A stretch of 59,974 nucleotides of DNA, filler included, from Catajapyx aquilonaris (GCA_000934665.2; 3 parts of 3 records of this genome joined end to end with filler, not necessarily neighbours in it), one strand, 5' to 3'. Counted from the whole stretch's first letter, positions 26,964 to 39,805 are shown. Notes: generated by a model not told the origin, from the sequence alone. Translations and numbers: made by a program.

Positions 26964-27404
26964 CACGGCAAGAACACGCGCGAATCAAAGATAGCGGACC
27001 CTATTTTTGCCTGTACCCTCGTTGGCGTTGCCCACACTTCAAAATGGTCGCCAGCCTTGGCAACGCCCCAGAGACGCGGAAATCGAATGTTTGCGCTTCT
27101 TATGTTGTATAGGCTGCCTGATCTGCCCATGTCCCGTGTCGTACTGGCGCCCCTGGCCATTGTTGCTCATAAAATTTCTATAGATACGATCAATGTACAC
27201 AAACTCATAGTTAAAACTCCGGAAGAATCAGACAGTAATTCCCTCCAAATTATAATCACCCAAGTCGTTTTGGACTAGTGATGCAATCGTAACACATCTC
27301 ATCCCATCCATCTCCACCAGAGTCATCTTTCAGCTTACTCAGGTGAGCACTGTTCGTGGCGCGTAAAGTAGGTGAAATTTCGAGTCTTTTGTTGTGTTGC
27401 AGCC

Positions 27405-29864
27405 ATGCCCGTTTACCTCCAACCCGAGTCGCTGGAGACCGCAAGTATGTTCCACCTTGTCGCTACCATAGCCAAGGCCATCAGGAGTGTCCACAGACGC
27501 TTCCCCCATGACCTAGAGGAGCACATGAACAACAGTCGGCCCTCCTTCCTCCAGAAATGTCAGGAAGTTCTATTCGAGCAAGCCATGGTTGAAGGAGTGG
27601 ACGTGTCAAGTCTACACATCCGCGTGAAGGGTGAGCAGAAGCGTAATCTTATTATATATAATTGTCTAGGTTAGACTTTGTCCATTGTGACTCATCATCT
27701 ACGTCACGGTATTATAATATACAGGTCTGGATCGTATACTAAATCCAAGCGGGCCGGGCAGTGTTGCCAAGTTTTGATTCAAATGGTTTCGACTGTTCAA
27801 TCCTTGTGTTTCAGTTACCCTTCGCACCCCGTTGTTATCGCTGGTGTCTGCATGTACTGTAAGGATCATGCACCTGGTGTGGAACAAATGCAAGGAGGTT
27901 TACATTGGCTTGATGGAAGTGCACAGGTACATCCAGACCATACCGCACCACTTTGCCGACTCGTACACCGAGTTCGTACTGAAGCTGGCCGAACAGGCGT
28001 ACAACTCGGACACCAAGCTGTACCTGTGCGGCGCGTTTCATCGTAACTGCACGCGACTCAGGATACACCCTTCATGGGACACGGTCACAGCAGAGGAGGC
28101 CATCAACCACCTCCCGATCATGAGGGACCTGACATTCGCCGCAATATACTCGTACACCGTCACCAGGACCAGCGTCACCAGGTTGGTTCAGGGCCTGCCG
28201 TACCTGAACAAGCTTCAGACCCTGCATGTCCCGGTGGCGAGCATCACGGACAATGACGACCTGGCTACTGTCCTGTCCAACCACTGCCCGAACCTGCGGG
28301 AGCTGTACTTCAAGTGGGACTTGACCACCCAGCATCAGTTCACTCTGGCCAGCTGTACCAACCTTCAGAGCGTGTCCGTAGTGTACCTGGGGGACAGCCT
28401 GGCGGACGTCGTGAACATCCTGGACACCGTCCCGCAACTGGCGAAGCTCTACTGTCCGGACAAGCTGATCGCCCAGGTGATTCAGGTACGTCAACAATCA
28501 TCACATCCGTAGAACTGGCATCTGTGCCTCTGTTTGTCCAGAGATTTGACAGACAGACACCTGATGTTTCATCGACAGGCACCACGTGACTCGCCTTACG
28601 GACTCAAGAAGGTAGGGTTGACCTTCGAGACCCCCCATAGGCTGCCCCGTCTGGTCAGCACCTTCCCGAACCTGACCGAGATCTTCCTGAACCTTCCGGA
28701 CGACCCCCTGACCCCTCTGAACGACCTGCTGCACCTGAGGCTGCTGAGCGTCTGCCAGTCCACGGCCGAGAGGATACGGGAGCTGACCCCGTGTCTGACC
28801 CGCCTGACCACCCTGTATCTGGAGGAGGTCGAGCGAGTGGACGTCGCGCTGTCCCTCCAGACGTCGTCGCTGCCCAACGTCACGGTGCTCTCGGTGTTTG
28901 GCTGCACCGACCTGGACATCGAGCAGCTGTGGTAAGGGTTTTGGTCACATCTGTATTTAAATTGAATTAAATACCACTCTATAGGTGCTTGTTTCCGAAC
29001 CTGACGTCGCTCATCATGTCCGACTGCTCTATGGCCCCTCGTCTGCCCAAGATGGGGATGCTGGACACTCCGTTCAAACACCTGAACCGCCTGGATATAA
29101 TTGACGTCGGGGATCACCTGGACACGATCCACCTCCGCTGCCTGACGTCGCACTGCTGGGACATCACGGAGCTCGAGATGGTCCACTGGAACTTCCTGAC
29201 CGACGCCACCTTCTTGGCGATGATCAGCGACAACCCCATGAGGAGTCTGAGGAAGCTGGACCTGAGCAGCTCCAAGTTGACACTCGAGATACTACCAGTC
29301 GTGTTCAACGGGTTCGGGACTGACCTCACCTCCGTGTCAATACAGTTCTACGTCCTGGAGGCGTCGGTTGAGGAGGTGGCGGAGACCTTCAGCCGGTACG
29401 AACACTTTTCGAAGCAGATCGATGTCAAGCTGGAGTACAGTGGGTTATACGACAGCGACGAGGAGGACGAGGAGATGCAGGTGCACGACAACGACATGGA
29501 GGTCGAGGGTCAGGCAGACGACAATAACGAAGCGCAGGACGACGCTGAGGGGCAGAACGGAGATGACAACAGCTCGGACGAAGAGAGCGATGCGGAGCAG
29601 AACGCCGAAGAAGATCAGGAGGACAACTCTGACGACGAAAATGACAACGATGGAGATAACGGCGAAAGCGACGGTGAAAACAGTTCTGACGACGAGGGCA
29701 ACGTTTACTACCAGTGTCCGCCTGCTGACACAGGAGCTGACGACGGCCAGAGAGACGCGAATGACAACGCGACCTTCCTAATCTCATGGCACCGAAGCGA
29801 CTCGTCTGCTGAACCTGACGTCAATGAAGTCATTAAAGAGGTGGCGGTGATGACAATGTCGTAG
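27405..29864 (+). CDS. Leucine-rich-repeat (RNI/F-box-LRR-like) protein with a long acidic C-terminal tail, 4 coding exons, 709 aa
   Basis: Exons 27405-27630, 27815-28485, 28579-28931 and 28985-29864 join in frame (710 codons). LRR units include LNKLQTLHV, CPNLRELYF, CTNLQSVSV, FPNLTEIFL, FPNLTSLIM and MRSLRKLDL. D/E/N-rich tail; AATAAA near 29957. Confidence 0.85.
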
Positions 29865-30247
29865 TTCAGGCTGAGGATCTCTGATCAAGAAGAATGGACA
29901 TCCCGAAATTTTCATCGGCGTCTTTTTATAACACGTGCCGACAATGTGGTCTCTAAATAAAATTGAAGGATACCAACAATAGTGTGCAGACTATAGGTAT
30001 TGCTGCACTTTATTCATTTTCTAGAGAAGATTAGTGGAGGAGTCGTTGCCAAATTTTGCAACACTGCTTGGCCCACCCCCCACGATATGACCCGACCAGT
30101 TGACGCATAGGCCTTCCATCTGCACACTATTGCTTCTCTCAGGGGGAAAGTAGTACTATATGCACGTTGGTGATGAGTCGCCGCGCGGACAAAGCCCACC
30201 AGCGTGCTATAACCAGCAAGTGTCTCGCCTCCATTGCAGTGGGTCCC

Positions 30248-30580
30248 TTTTGTAGAGAGCTCATAGTGCATGACTATCTGGATCAACAAGATGTAAGGGG
30301 ACAGATAGGAGGTGACAACGTCATTGTTCAAATAGATGAAGACAAGTTTGGCAAAAGGAAACACAATTCTGGACGAAAAGTGGAAGGCCATTGGGTACTG
30401 GGGATGATCGCAGAAGGAAGTGAGGGCATCAGATTTGTCATTTGCCCAGAAAATTCTAGGGCTGCCAATAGTCTACAGCCCATTATTCAAGAGCACGTCG
30501 CCGAAGGGTCCATTATCCATACGGACTTCTGGCGTCGATACACCTAGGACTAGGCGGGATAGGCTATCTTCATCAGGTCA
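30248..30580 (+). mobile_element. Merlin (IS1595/ISXO2-like) DDE transposase fragment
   Basis: IGGDNVIVQIDEDKFGKRKHNSGRKVEGHWVLG...RAANSLQPIIQEHVAEGSIIHTDFWRRY follows the ISXO2-like motif order; truncated and frameshifted. Confidence 0.85.
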
Positions 30581-30987
30581 GCTTATAAGTAGATAATTAA
30601 ATGTGTGGCCTCTGGGGAGTAATTCTGGCAAAGTTGGTGTCACAACATAGGAGCTGCGCGAGTGAGGGTGCGCACTCGGTTGCGCTCGTAAAATAATTCA
30701 CCTTACATAACAAAATTAGTATACTCTATCGTACTGGCGCTCTTGGCCATTGTTGTTAAAAATATTGCTATAGATACGAGCAATGTACACAAACTCATAT
30801 TAATTTTACTCCGGAATAACCAACCCCCCAAATTAATCACCCAACTCATTCTCTGGATTCAGTGCTGCAATCATCATAACCCATCAAATCCCATCTCCAC
30901 CAGAGTCATCTTTTAGCTTACTCAGGTGAGCCCTGTTTGTGGCGGATTAAGAGGGTGAATGTCGAAGGCTTTTGTTGTGTTGCAGCC

Positions 30988-31225
30988 ATGCCTGTTTATA
31001 TCCAACCTGATTCGCTGGAGACCACTAGTCTCTACAAGCTAGTGGATACCATAGCCAAGGCCATCACGAGTCTCCACAGACTCTTCCCGAATGACCTAGA
31101 AGCTCGCCTAGAAGAGCATAATATCAACAACAGTCGATCCTTCCTCCGAAAATGCCAAGAAGTTCTGTTCAATCAAGTCATGGTCCAAGGAGCGGATGTG
31201 TCAAGTCTCTACCTCCAGGTGAAGG
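30988..31225 (+). CDS. First coding exon of a paralogue of the LRR gene; remainder missing (repeat and gap follow)
   Basis: MPVYIQPDSLETTSLYKLVDTIAKAI...LQVKG with the same GTGAGC donor. Promoter and 5'UTR 30730-30987 are homologous to 27139-27404. Confidence 0.75.
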
Positions 31226-32841
31226 GTGAGCAGAAGTGTAATCTAATATATATAAAGCCCCACGCCGAGGAGGAGGATATAGGATGAAAAAGATTTCGCA
31301 CTTCCCGGGGTCGGAGAGACGTCGGACTTACGCCGTTNNNNNNNNNNNNNNNNNNNNNNNNNNNNNNNNNNNNNNNNNNNNTTAATTAATTAANNNNNNN
31401 NNNNNNNNNNNNNNNNNNNNNNNNNNNNNNNNNNNNNAAAATATTCGTTAATGCCGCTTATAAAATTTTCGCCATATTGCGCAATACCATGACGAGGAAA
31501 TAAATCGCAAATATCTGGAAATGACTGAAAATGAGGCCTTTTTGGTAGAATTTTTTTTCGGTTAGTGGAAGTGATCAGAACGCAATGACCATGTACATCA
31601 AAAGAAAGAAAAACACCAGGAGAATGCGCTGCTGGAATTAGCTTTCCTCTAAAATGCAAAAATAAATTTTTATATCATTTCATTTGTCACTTGCTCAGTC
31701 ACAAACCCAAGAATTGTGACCTCAACAATAGCGATGTGTTTGCGTTACATCAGTCATATTTGGTGACACTAGTTGGGACTGACACAAGGTTCAGTATGTT
31801 AAGTTTGAGGCATTGGTCATGCATGGTTCGCGAGAAAATAATATATAAGAATATATATTATAATAACTTATATGCAATCAGAGCATACGAGAAAAAGTTT
31901 TAAAAGGAGCTTCGAGGGGAAGAAGAAGAGGCATTATAAAGATTTTTGACCTTTTGGTAGGTATGACAAACTGACTGACTACCGTTGCGAGATAGAGGAG
32001 CATTCTCACCGTTTCTCCCTACATCGTGCAGAGTCATTTTCTCTCTTTTCGGGCAGAAAAACGCTCTCTGAGGCTGTGACGTAGGCCTCATATAGGCCTA
32101 CGGTATGACTTTGTGTCCCATTTTATATTCCGCCAATATATCTGAGAACCCTTAAAAGTAACTCAGTGTTTTAAAGTAACAGCGTTACAATAGAGTAATG
32201 AGTTGATGCCAAAAGTCTATAAAGGCTGGGCATTTCAAATCTAACAGCCTATAATATATGGTAGGCTGTGAAATTTTAAATATGTAAGGAGGAGTAACTG
32301 CGATTATTGTGTCCTTTTAAGTTTTCGCTGGAGTCAACTGTTGACTCCAACGAACAACTCAAAAGGACACAATAATCGTAGTTACGCATCCTTACATATT
32401 TGTTACTCAAAAACATACTGTACAATAATATTTAAATGAATGCCAATGTCATATCTATAATAATATTACATGCTTGCGTGTAGGTTTGCATAGGAATTAA
32501 AACATATGTTCCGTTAATTATTCTACATGTGGTTCTGGTTTCCAGGTGGCCAGACCACCGTTTCCACATCAGCACTGAAAGAATAAGGAAAATTAATCCG
32601 AGAGAAAGTGCGCACCTTTTTAAAAACTGTAATGAAGGCCTAATACTTGCCTAATACTGTGCCAGACTCAAGTGACATGCTACCTTAAGTGCCTAATGTT
32701 AGCTTGCACTTCTTGCAGCTGGTACCTTGAAACCTTCCCCGCAAAAGCATCGTCTAAATAAGCATATATGCATAATATGATCGAGGCACTATCGCGGGGT
32801 TGTCATATCTATGAGACTGCGCAACATGTGCTTATACTTGA

Positions 32842-32871
32842 ACTAGCGGCGGTACCCGTTCTTCGCACGGG
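32842..32871 (-). mobile_element. Helitron-like 3' terminus (second copy at 50331-50360)
   Basis: Minus strand reads CCCGTGCGAAGAACGGG (hairpin), then TACCGCCGCTAG followed by T. Similarity between the two copies stops exactly at this end. Confidence 0.7.
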
Positions 32872-33119
32872 GAAAAAAAAGAGCGTAGATAATTACACCG
32901 AAATCTTCTCAGATCTCAAGCAATATTAAATGCAAAACTGCTCATTCCCTTGCATATGTAGGCACTGGAAGGGTGTAAAAATTCTGGTTTGTTTGCGTAA
33001 TAAAGAGCCACGCAACTATGGCTATGTGGTTATCAGAATACAAAAAGGTGGGACAGATGGAGAGAGAAACAAAGAGGAAAAAGAAGAAAGGAAAGACTGG
33101 TATCTCTCTTAGTGTGTCT

Positions 33120-33258
33120 CCTATCCCAAAGACCTGTCCGACTTGGGCGACCCTACCAGTAGTCAGCAGATGAAACTACCGCCGGCATAGCTCTTCAGGA
33201 TCATGGGAAAACGAAAGCCCACCACCACGGCAAGGTGGAGATACATTGGGGGGAGGGG
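33120..33258 (-). mobile_element. RTE-clade LINE 5'UTR fragment (second copy at 50598-50735)
   Basis: Minus strand ACCTTGCCGTGGTGGTGGGCTT..ATGATCC..AGAGCTATGCCGGCGGTAG..CTACTGGTAGGGTCGCCCAAGTCGGACAGGTC resembles RTE 5' leaders as I recall them. Confidence 0.55.
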
Positions 33259-36200
33259 ACATAAAAAAAATTGGATTAGAAAATTGGGGGAAGTGCAAAA
33301 TTTGAAACCATTTACAGGCCTGTTTCTACAGTAATCACCAACAAAATTCTGTTGCCACTGGCAAACAATTTTTTGCCGTACATATGCGTGAATAATTTCA
33401 CAGGTATGACCTTCAAAGCCCCTTTTCTCAAAACACTTCTCATGTGGGTTGACGCATTATCGCATAACACCGTCCAATTATCAAATACAGTAATGTACCC
33501 GTTTACTCCGTCCCATTTTACGCCGTTTTACGTTAACACCGGTTTGAAAATGATGTAATAAAAATTTTAAATTGAAAAATTGTGAAAAATATGATGATAA
33601 CAACACAATCTGAGCATATGCACAACACTTCTACACTTTTGAGTCCAAACGCACGACCATAAAATAATTCTATTTTTTGTCTTTCGTGGTGCCTTGCGGC
33701 GGGTTATATCGATCAATACAGTCAATTTGCCCTCTGGCATTTTGCTGTAAAATCACGATTAATGCGCTAAAGACTTGGGGAGGTTGGCAAAATTAGAGAG
33801 AATAATATACCGGTATTCTTGTATCATGCGGTAATTTGTACAAAGGCGATAAAATCGATAAGGACTGACAAATGCATCATACGGCATCATAGGTCCAGTT
33901 CGATATGTATTATTACAGAATGATGTGATTGCCCTATTCGTAATAATATGGCCTGATCATTTTTCAGTATCGTGACACTTCCAGTTTCTGATTCGAGTAA
34001 CTAGATTCACCTTCGAAGAGGATTACAGTGCATTACGCACATCACCGCAGTACAAAATTCCACGTGTAGGCTATCATTAATACACGTATATTGTACAGTA
34101 GGTATGCATGGTAATGTGAAGTAGCCTACAGTACACGTTTATGATGCTACATGTGGTTAGCAGATGGCTAGGCTATTTCAACACTCGATCATCAGGACCT
34201 AATAAACAGTATTGCGATGTTCAGAAAATGGTAAGGATAAAGCGAGACTAACTTTATCACGGACACTAATTGCCACGTGATTAAGTAGTTTCAGAGTTAT
34301 GCACATCAGGCACGTCCTGCCGCCAGTTCGTGAAGGCATTAAAAAAATGATGGTGAATGTTTTCTAGGCTATATAGGAAAAGGATCTTTTCGCAGCTATA
34401 GAGATTGTGTGAAGCTTAGCACAATTATGTGAATTTAGCACTTAATTAGACTGGTTTCTAAGCAATAATTTGCATATAATCGTTCTTTGAAACCGTAAAC
34501 TTCACCGCAACCTTTTTTTATGATTCCCAAGTAGCCGCACAGAAATAGTTATAGCTGTTATGCTACGCACGGCCTCGACTATAGGAGCTGCGCAGTGGAT
34601 CTGGCGGGAGCGGCCTTTCAATGCGGTTCGAAGGATATATGAGGCATAGGGTAACACGAGCCGTTGGTGAGATATGGATTTTTTATCTACGATTACGTCA
34701 TCCATGAGTCATTGAGGCTGAAGTAGCGGCGGACACTTTTGTTACACCCTGTATCTCCATTAATTACAGGAATAAGTGTTCCAAAGGTTATGGACAACAA
34801 GACAGAAAGTCAGGCAATATAATAAAACCCATGGTTACAAGTTCAGGTAATATGCTGATTTGTGACAAGATTGCAAACTTAAATAAATTCGCTCTCCTGA
34901 AAAATTACCCTTTGTCAGTTATCATTAGAGAAGAATGGATTTCTAGGTTCTAAGAGACCCTCAAATAGGTAGGCATTTAGGCCCTGAAAACAGTCAAAAT
35001 AGGCTCTTAAATAGGCACTATAAATCAAGCTGGTTCTAATTTATTCTAATTTCTATACATATTACAGCCTACTCTTGACCATGGAATTGTGCAGCTCACT
35101 AACAAACTAGCAGTTATTCCATATTTTCGTTGGTTAATCGCAGTTATTCGGTGAGAGTTAAGATCCTCCCTCACGGGGAGCCAATATGGCCAATAGAAAA
35201 GCCGTCGGGCCGAATGTAGCAGCTTATTTAACGGCTATTAATAACAGTTATTTCGAGTCGCAATAACTTTTAATGGCATATTACCAGGGATCTTATCCAT
35301 CAACCGCTTATTCGCTCGTCACAGGTTGAGTGGGAGGGATCCCTTGAACGGAAATCCTGCAGAACTCTCGAAAATCTAACCGAACGGCGTGAAAATGGTT
35401 GAAATAGGCACTAATAGGTGCTAATAGGCCGTTTAGGTCCCAACACCCGAAATAGGCATTTTTAGGTTCTATAAAACTACGATTTTTGACGTCCTTGTGT
35501 TATGAAAAGGATAGATATTTTGGTTCTGGTGGCGGGCGGGGGGTGGGGGGACCCAACATGATCGCCGGCGGCGATGTTGGGCCCGCATGTAGCGCTTCCC
35601 TTTCGTACCTATAAGTTCAGCGTAGTCCGGTAGGGTCGCCACATACCAGTGCTTTGAAATGTCTCATGGCGCTCTCAGGTGAGCACCCCCTGCAAAACGC
35701 CCCGGCAGGGGGTGGGTGGGAGTGAGCAGACCTGACTATTCTAATAAGATCATGGTGTGGGGGGTGGAAAGAAGTAGTGGCATGGAAGTGACCTTCATGG
35801 AAATGCTGATAATACTACTGAAGTGGGGACGAGGGGGGAGGGATACGTAAATTTACAATGAACATGAGGTAATTTGATAACTGTGGTGTTCTATCCTTTA
35901 TACCTTGCTTTATACTATTCATCACCACATGGCCACAATTACTTGCCGAAAATCGTAATATTATTCGGCCACCCACCAAGAAATGGACAATGGTGGGCAC
36001 ATTAATAAGATGTGATAAAAAGTTTCGATTCAGAATATCTGGACTATAATGGCTAATTATGAATAGTAACAATAGATGTAGGAAGATACCAAAGTTGTAG
36101 TTAATTTGACAGTTAACAACTGAAATAAATACTAAGCTTATTATACCTTATACCATTATACTTATTATAAAGGTAATAGTGAATTTTTGTGGGGGTCTGG

Positions 36201-36389
36201 AAAAATTGCTGTCACTACGTTTATTCCTTACTTGGCGAGACGTAAATTTTAATAATGAACCTGAAGGACCACACAAACTCAAAACCTGTATTGACATTAA
36301 TTGCAAAAAATTTCGCAAGTTATTGTTAGTCGCGTTGTACATTTTGCATTTGCGCATCTTAATTTATGAAAATGTTCCTATTTTTTCAG

Positions 36390-36430
36390 AGCTTGATTGT
36401 GTAGTCAGCCTTGAAGAAGACGCCAGTTGA
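36390..36430 (+). CDS. Putative terminal exon of the micro-exon gene family (upstream copy)
   Basis: Acceptor TTTTTTCAG, phase-1 reading (E)LDCVVSLEEDAS-stop, AATAAA near 36476. Identical copy at 53661-53701 and diverged copy at 46052. Confidence 0.5.
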
Positions 36431-36592
36431 CCAGAATTACAGTATGTTATTTAAACAATAACTCCCAGTCAATGAAATAAAACACTCGAAATCATAAAAA
36501 CAATTATTTCCAAGTACTCCAAATAAAAATTAAAACCAATACAAGTATTTTTGACCTAGGAATCTGTGTCCGGAAACGCCATCTAGACGTAA

Positions 36593-36803
36593 CAGTCAGC
36601 TCAAGGAGTAAGTTGCCAGACCCCTATTTTGAAATGAGCCTCCAACGGAGGTGCTGCCTAGGGGAGTGAGATTTATTGTATCTTTGGGAAGCATCACCTC
36701 TGTTCTTCCCAAAGATACAATAAATCTCACTCCCCTAGGCAGCACCTCTGTTGGAGGCTCATTTCAAAATAGGGGTCTGGCAACTTACTCCTTGAGCCGA
36801 CTG
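36593..36803. mobile_element. Young hairpin MITE (CAGTC termini, Tc1/mariner-type) inside a larger palindromic element at 36569-37118
   Basis: About 98-bp near-perfect arms with a 13-nt loop. Absent from the duplicate locus at 53855-53865, where the site reads TAGAGGTACGTGG. Confidence 0.85.
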
Positions 36804-37348
36804 TACGTGGTTCATTAGTCATAGACAAGGTACGCGTGCGCTCAGACGCGTCAGGCGGGCGGCGTTAGCGAGCGGACCGTTTAGTTGCTAGGTGGCGTGC
36901 GGATTGTACACAACTTCGCAATTCGCCATAACCTGGCAGAGCCACCTCGCGACTTGCGAGGTGGCTATGTTGTTGCCATGTTATGGCGAATTACAAAGAT
37001 GTGTACAATCCGCGCGCCACCTAGCAACTAAACGGTCCGCTCGCTAACGCCTCCCGCCTGACGCGTCTGAGCGCACCCGTTCCTTGTCTATGAACCCCCT
37101 ATAGATGGCGTTTCCGGAGAGAAAGTGTGCACCTTAAAAAAACACACACATAATGTAAGCCTAATTCTGTGCCAGACTCAAGTGACACACTATCTTCAGT
37201 GCCAAATTTTAACCTGTACTATTCTTCTTGAAGTTGCTACCTTGAAACCTGCCCCGTAAAGCTTCGTCTGAAACATGCTAATATGGAGAATATCACAAAA
37301 ATATTTCAAAATCTAAACACCATCTTAATTTTTTAATTCGCCGACCAG

Positions 37349-37369
37349 GACCAGGGGATGGTGGATTCA
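37349..37369 (+). CDS. Putative 21-nt micro-exon (G)PGDGGF
   Basis: CCAG / GTAAGA boundaries; homologous with its flanks to 43707-43727. Confidence 0.45.
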
Positions 37370-37695
37370 GTAAGATATATTTTATTTTCATTGGACACAT
37401 CTGATCATATCTGGACGTGGGGACACAACGGCCCACTCCGGTGCAGGTCACTTTCGCAGGGTTGCCATAACTACCAGGTGACGCATGCTAAATTAATATC
37501 CTCTCCAAGATCCTCTCGTACAAGCCAATTGACCACCTCCGCCCATGAATTTTGAGTCATATTTTCATACCGATTTTCAGACGCGATTGAGACACGGTCA
37601 TGATGACTCCGGCTCCCTACACCTGTACTCTCAATACCTTGAATATAATTAAATCAAATTACCTGCATAATAATAATAATAAGGCCTGATTAAGT

Positions 37696-37859
37696 GGGGC
37701 ATGGTGGTCTAGTGGCTTTGCTACTGGCCAGCCAAGCGGGAGGTCCGGGGTTCAAATCCCGTCTCCCGCCACCCCTGCTTGGTCGGGTCTTTTTGTGCTT
37801 TGCACCCGACATGTCCGGGCAGATTCGCACTCCCTACTATACCCAGGGCCAGGAAAAAA
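37696..37859 (+). mobile_element. tRNA-Gly-derived SINE (second copy at 54648-54810)
   Basis: A-box TGGTCTAGTGG, B-box GGTTCAAATCC, GCCAAGCGGGAGG like tRNA-Gly(GCC), unpaired acceptor stem, extra 3' body. Confidence 0.7.
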
Positions 37860-39768
37860 GGTCTGGTATTTAAGAGGGTCAGAAATGACTAGAAACTGTT
37901 TAAGAGCGCCTTCCCTTGGGAACCTCCCCCTACGCCCGTGGACCAGGGCTCTGCGTCGCAATAACCATGTAATAATTGTAAACCACAGGAATAAAGGTAT
38001 GTGTAATACCTCGTAAGAGGTCAACACTACCCAATTATTATAAGGCATGATTACTATTCAAGACTCTTCCAGTACCTCTTATTAGATCGACCTTCTGTGC
38101 TAAATGACCATATTCCACTTCGATAAGGCCTACAGTACACTGCACGTACAGCAGAGAAATACAGAAATCCACGTAACCTAAATATCACGTGTACAGTATA
38201 GGTTTGCATAGGATTTAAAACATATGTTCTGTTAATTATTCCACATGTGGTTCTGCTTTCTAGGTGGCCATGTCACCGTTTGCACATTAGCACTGAAAAA
38301 ATAAGGAACATTAATCCTGTAGAGAAAGTGCGCACCTTTTTAAAAACTGTAATGAAGGCCAACTCAAGTGACATGCTATCTTTAGTGCCTAATTTTAGCT
38401 TGCACTTCTTGCAGCTGGGACCTTGAAACCTTCCCCGTAAAAGCGTCGTCTAAAAAAGCAAATATGCATAATATGATGGAGGCACTATCGCGGGGTTGTC
38501 ATAATTATATATGAGACTGTGCAACATGTGTTTATATTTGAATATGGAGCTTGGTTTCGGGAGATAATGACGTGAAACTAGATATACTTTTTCTTTGGAC
38601 ACTTCTGAGCATATCTGGACGTTGGGCCACGATTACCGACCCCGCTGATGGCACTACCGCTATGTTGCACTATGTTGCACATTCTGTAAGATATGAAAAC
38701 CCCGCGATAGTGCTCTCCATCAGGGTGGGTCATTGTGGCCCCACCTCCATATACAGTATGTTCGAAATCGGAAGTGTGCAAAGAACTAGTATACCGAGTT
38801 TCAAGTCTTTGTCACCAAATGCAAGTTCCCTATTCAAACATAAACGCATGTTGTACAGTCTGTTAGATACGGCAACATCGCCCTCCATCGGGGTGGATCA
38901 TCATGGCCCCACATCTAGACATGTCAGAAGTGTCCAAACACCAATTGTGGCGAGTTTCATGTTTAAGAGCGCCTTCCCTTGGGAACCTCCCCATCCCCTA
39001 CGCCCGTGTACCAGGGCTCTGCGTCGCAATAACCATGTAATAATTGTAAACCACAGGAATAAAGGTCTGTATAATACCTCGTAAGAGGTCAACACTACCC
39101 AATTATTATAAGGCCTGATTATTATTATTCAAGACTCTTCCTGTACCTCTTATTATATCGACCTTCTGTGCTAAATGACCATATTCCACTTCGGTAAGGC
39201 CTACAGTAGGTACACTGCACGTACAGCAGAGAAATACAGAAATCCACGTAACCTTAGTACACGTGTACAATAGGTTTGCATGGGATTTAAAACTTAAATG
39301 TTCTGTTAATTATTCTGAACATGCGGTGCTCAGAGAATTTTATTAATATAAAGCGAGGCTTTATCAAGGACAAAAACCATCATCATTTGGACCTAAGATT
39401 GTAAGTATACCACAATCATTACCTTCACCATCACAATATTCCATCCTTATAAATTGATAGTAATGATCGGTGGTGAAGGAGGAGATCCCAGTTTATTCAT
39501 AATTAATAATGGACATTTTATTATTGTTGAAAATGAAATGATAGTAACTATACGTATATACAATCGAAAGCATAAGTGTGTGATATTTGTAACTGTATGT
39601 ATATGATACCTAACCATTCTTATTCTCCTTAGGAACATCTATGTCCTGGCCAGGTGTTGAACTCTGGGTTTCATGACTTTCATCATCATCCTGCACAGCG
39701 GTATGAATCAACCTGCTGCATGCATAAACACTTATGCTTTCAATCGTCCGTACTAATTATCATACGGT

Positions 39769-39805
39769 TATAAAAACACCTGGCTAACAGAAGGCATTCA
39801 GACAC
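39769..39805 (+). promoter_or_regulatory. TATA box plus initiator-like element of the micro-exon gene (paralogue at 56919-56955)
   Basis: TATAAAA at 39769-39775, TTCAGAC about 28 nt downstream, ATG at 39843. Conserved in both paralogues. Confidence 0.65.

Noticed and set aside
24768..27278. Many 70-160 aa ORFs with recurring MTHPGGG / LWTL motifs
   Set aside because: They are by-products of the foldback subrepeats, appear on both strands, and show no domain signal.
31691..31903. ORFs conserved between the duplicated blocks (e.g. 31691 with 47374, 36179 with 53450)
   Set aside because: Conservation reflects recent duplication of AT-rich non-coding DNA; only the last 41 nt of the 36179 and 53450 ORFs are treated as exon.
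37696..37770. Possible tRNA-Gly gene (also 54648 and 48686)
   Set aside because: Acceptor and anticodon stems do not pair properly and the sequence continues into a SINE body.
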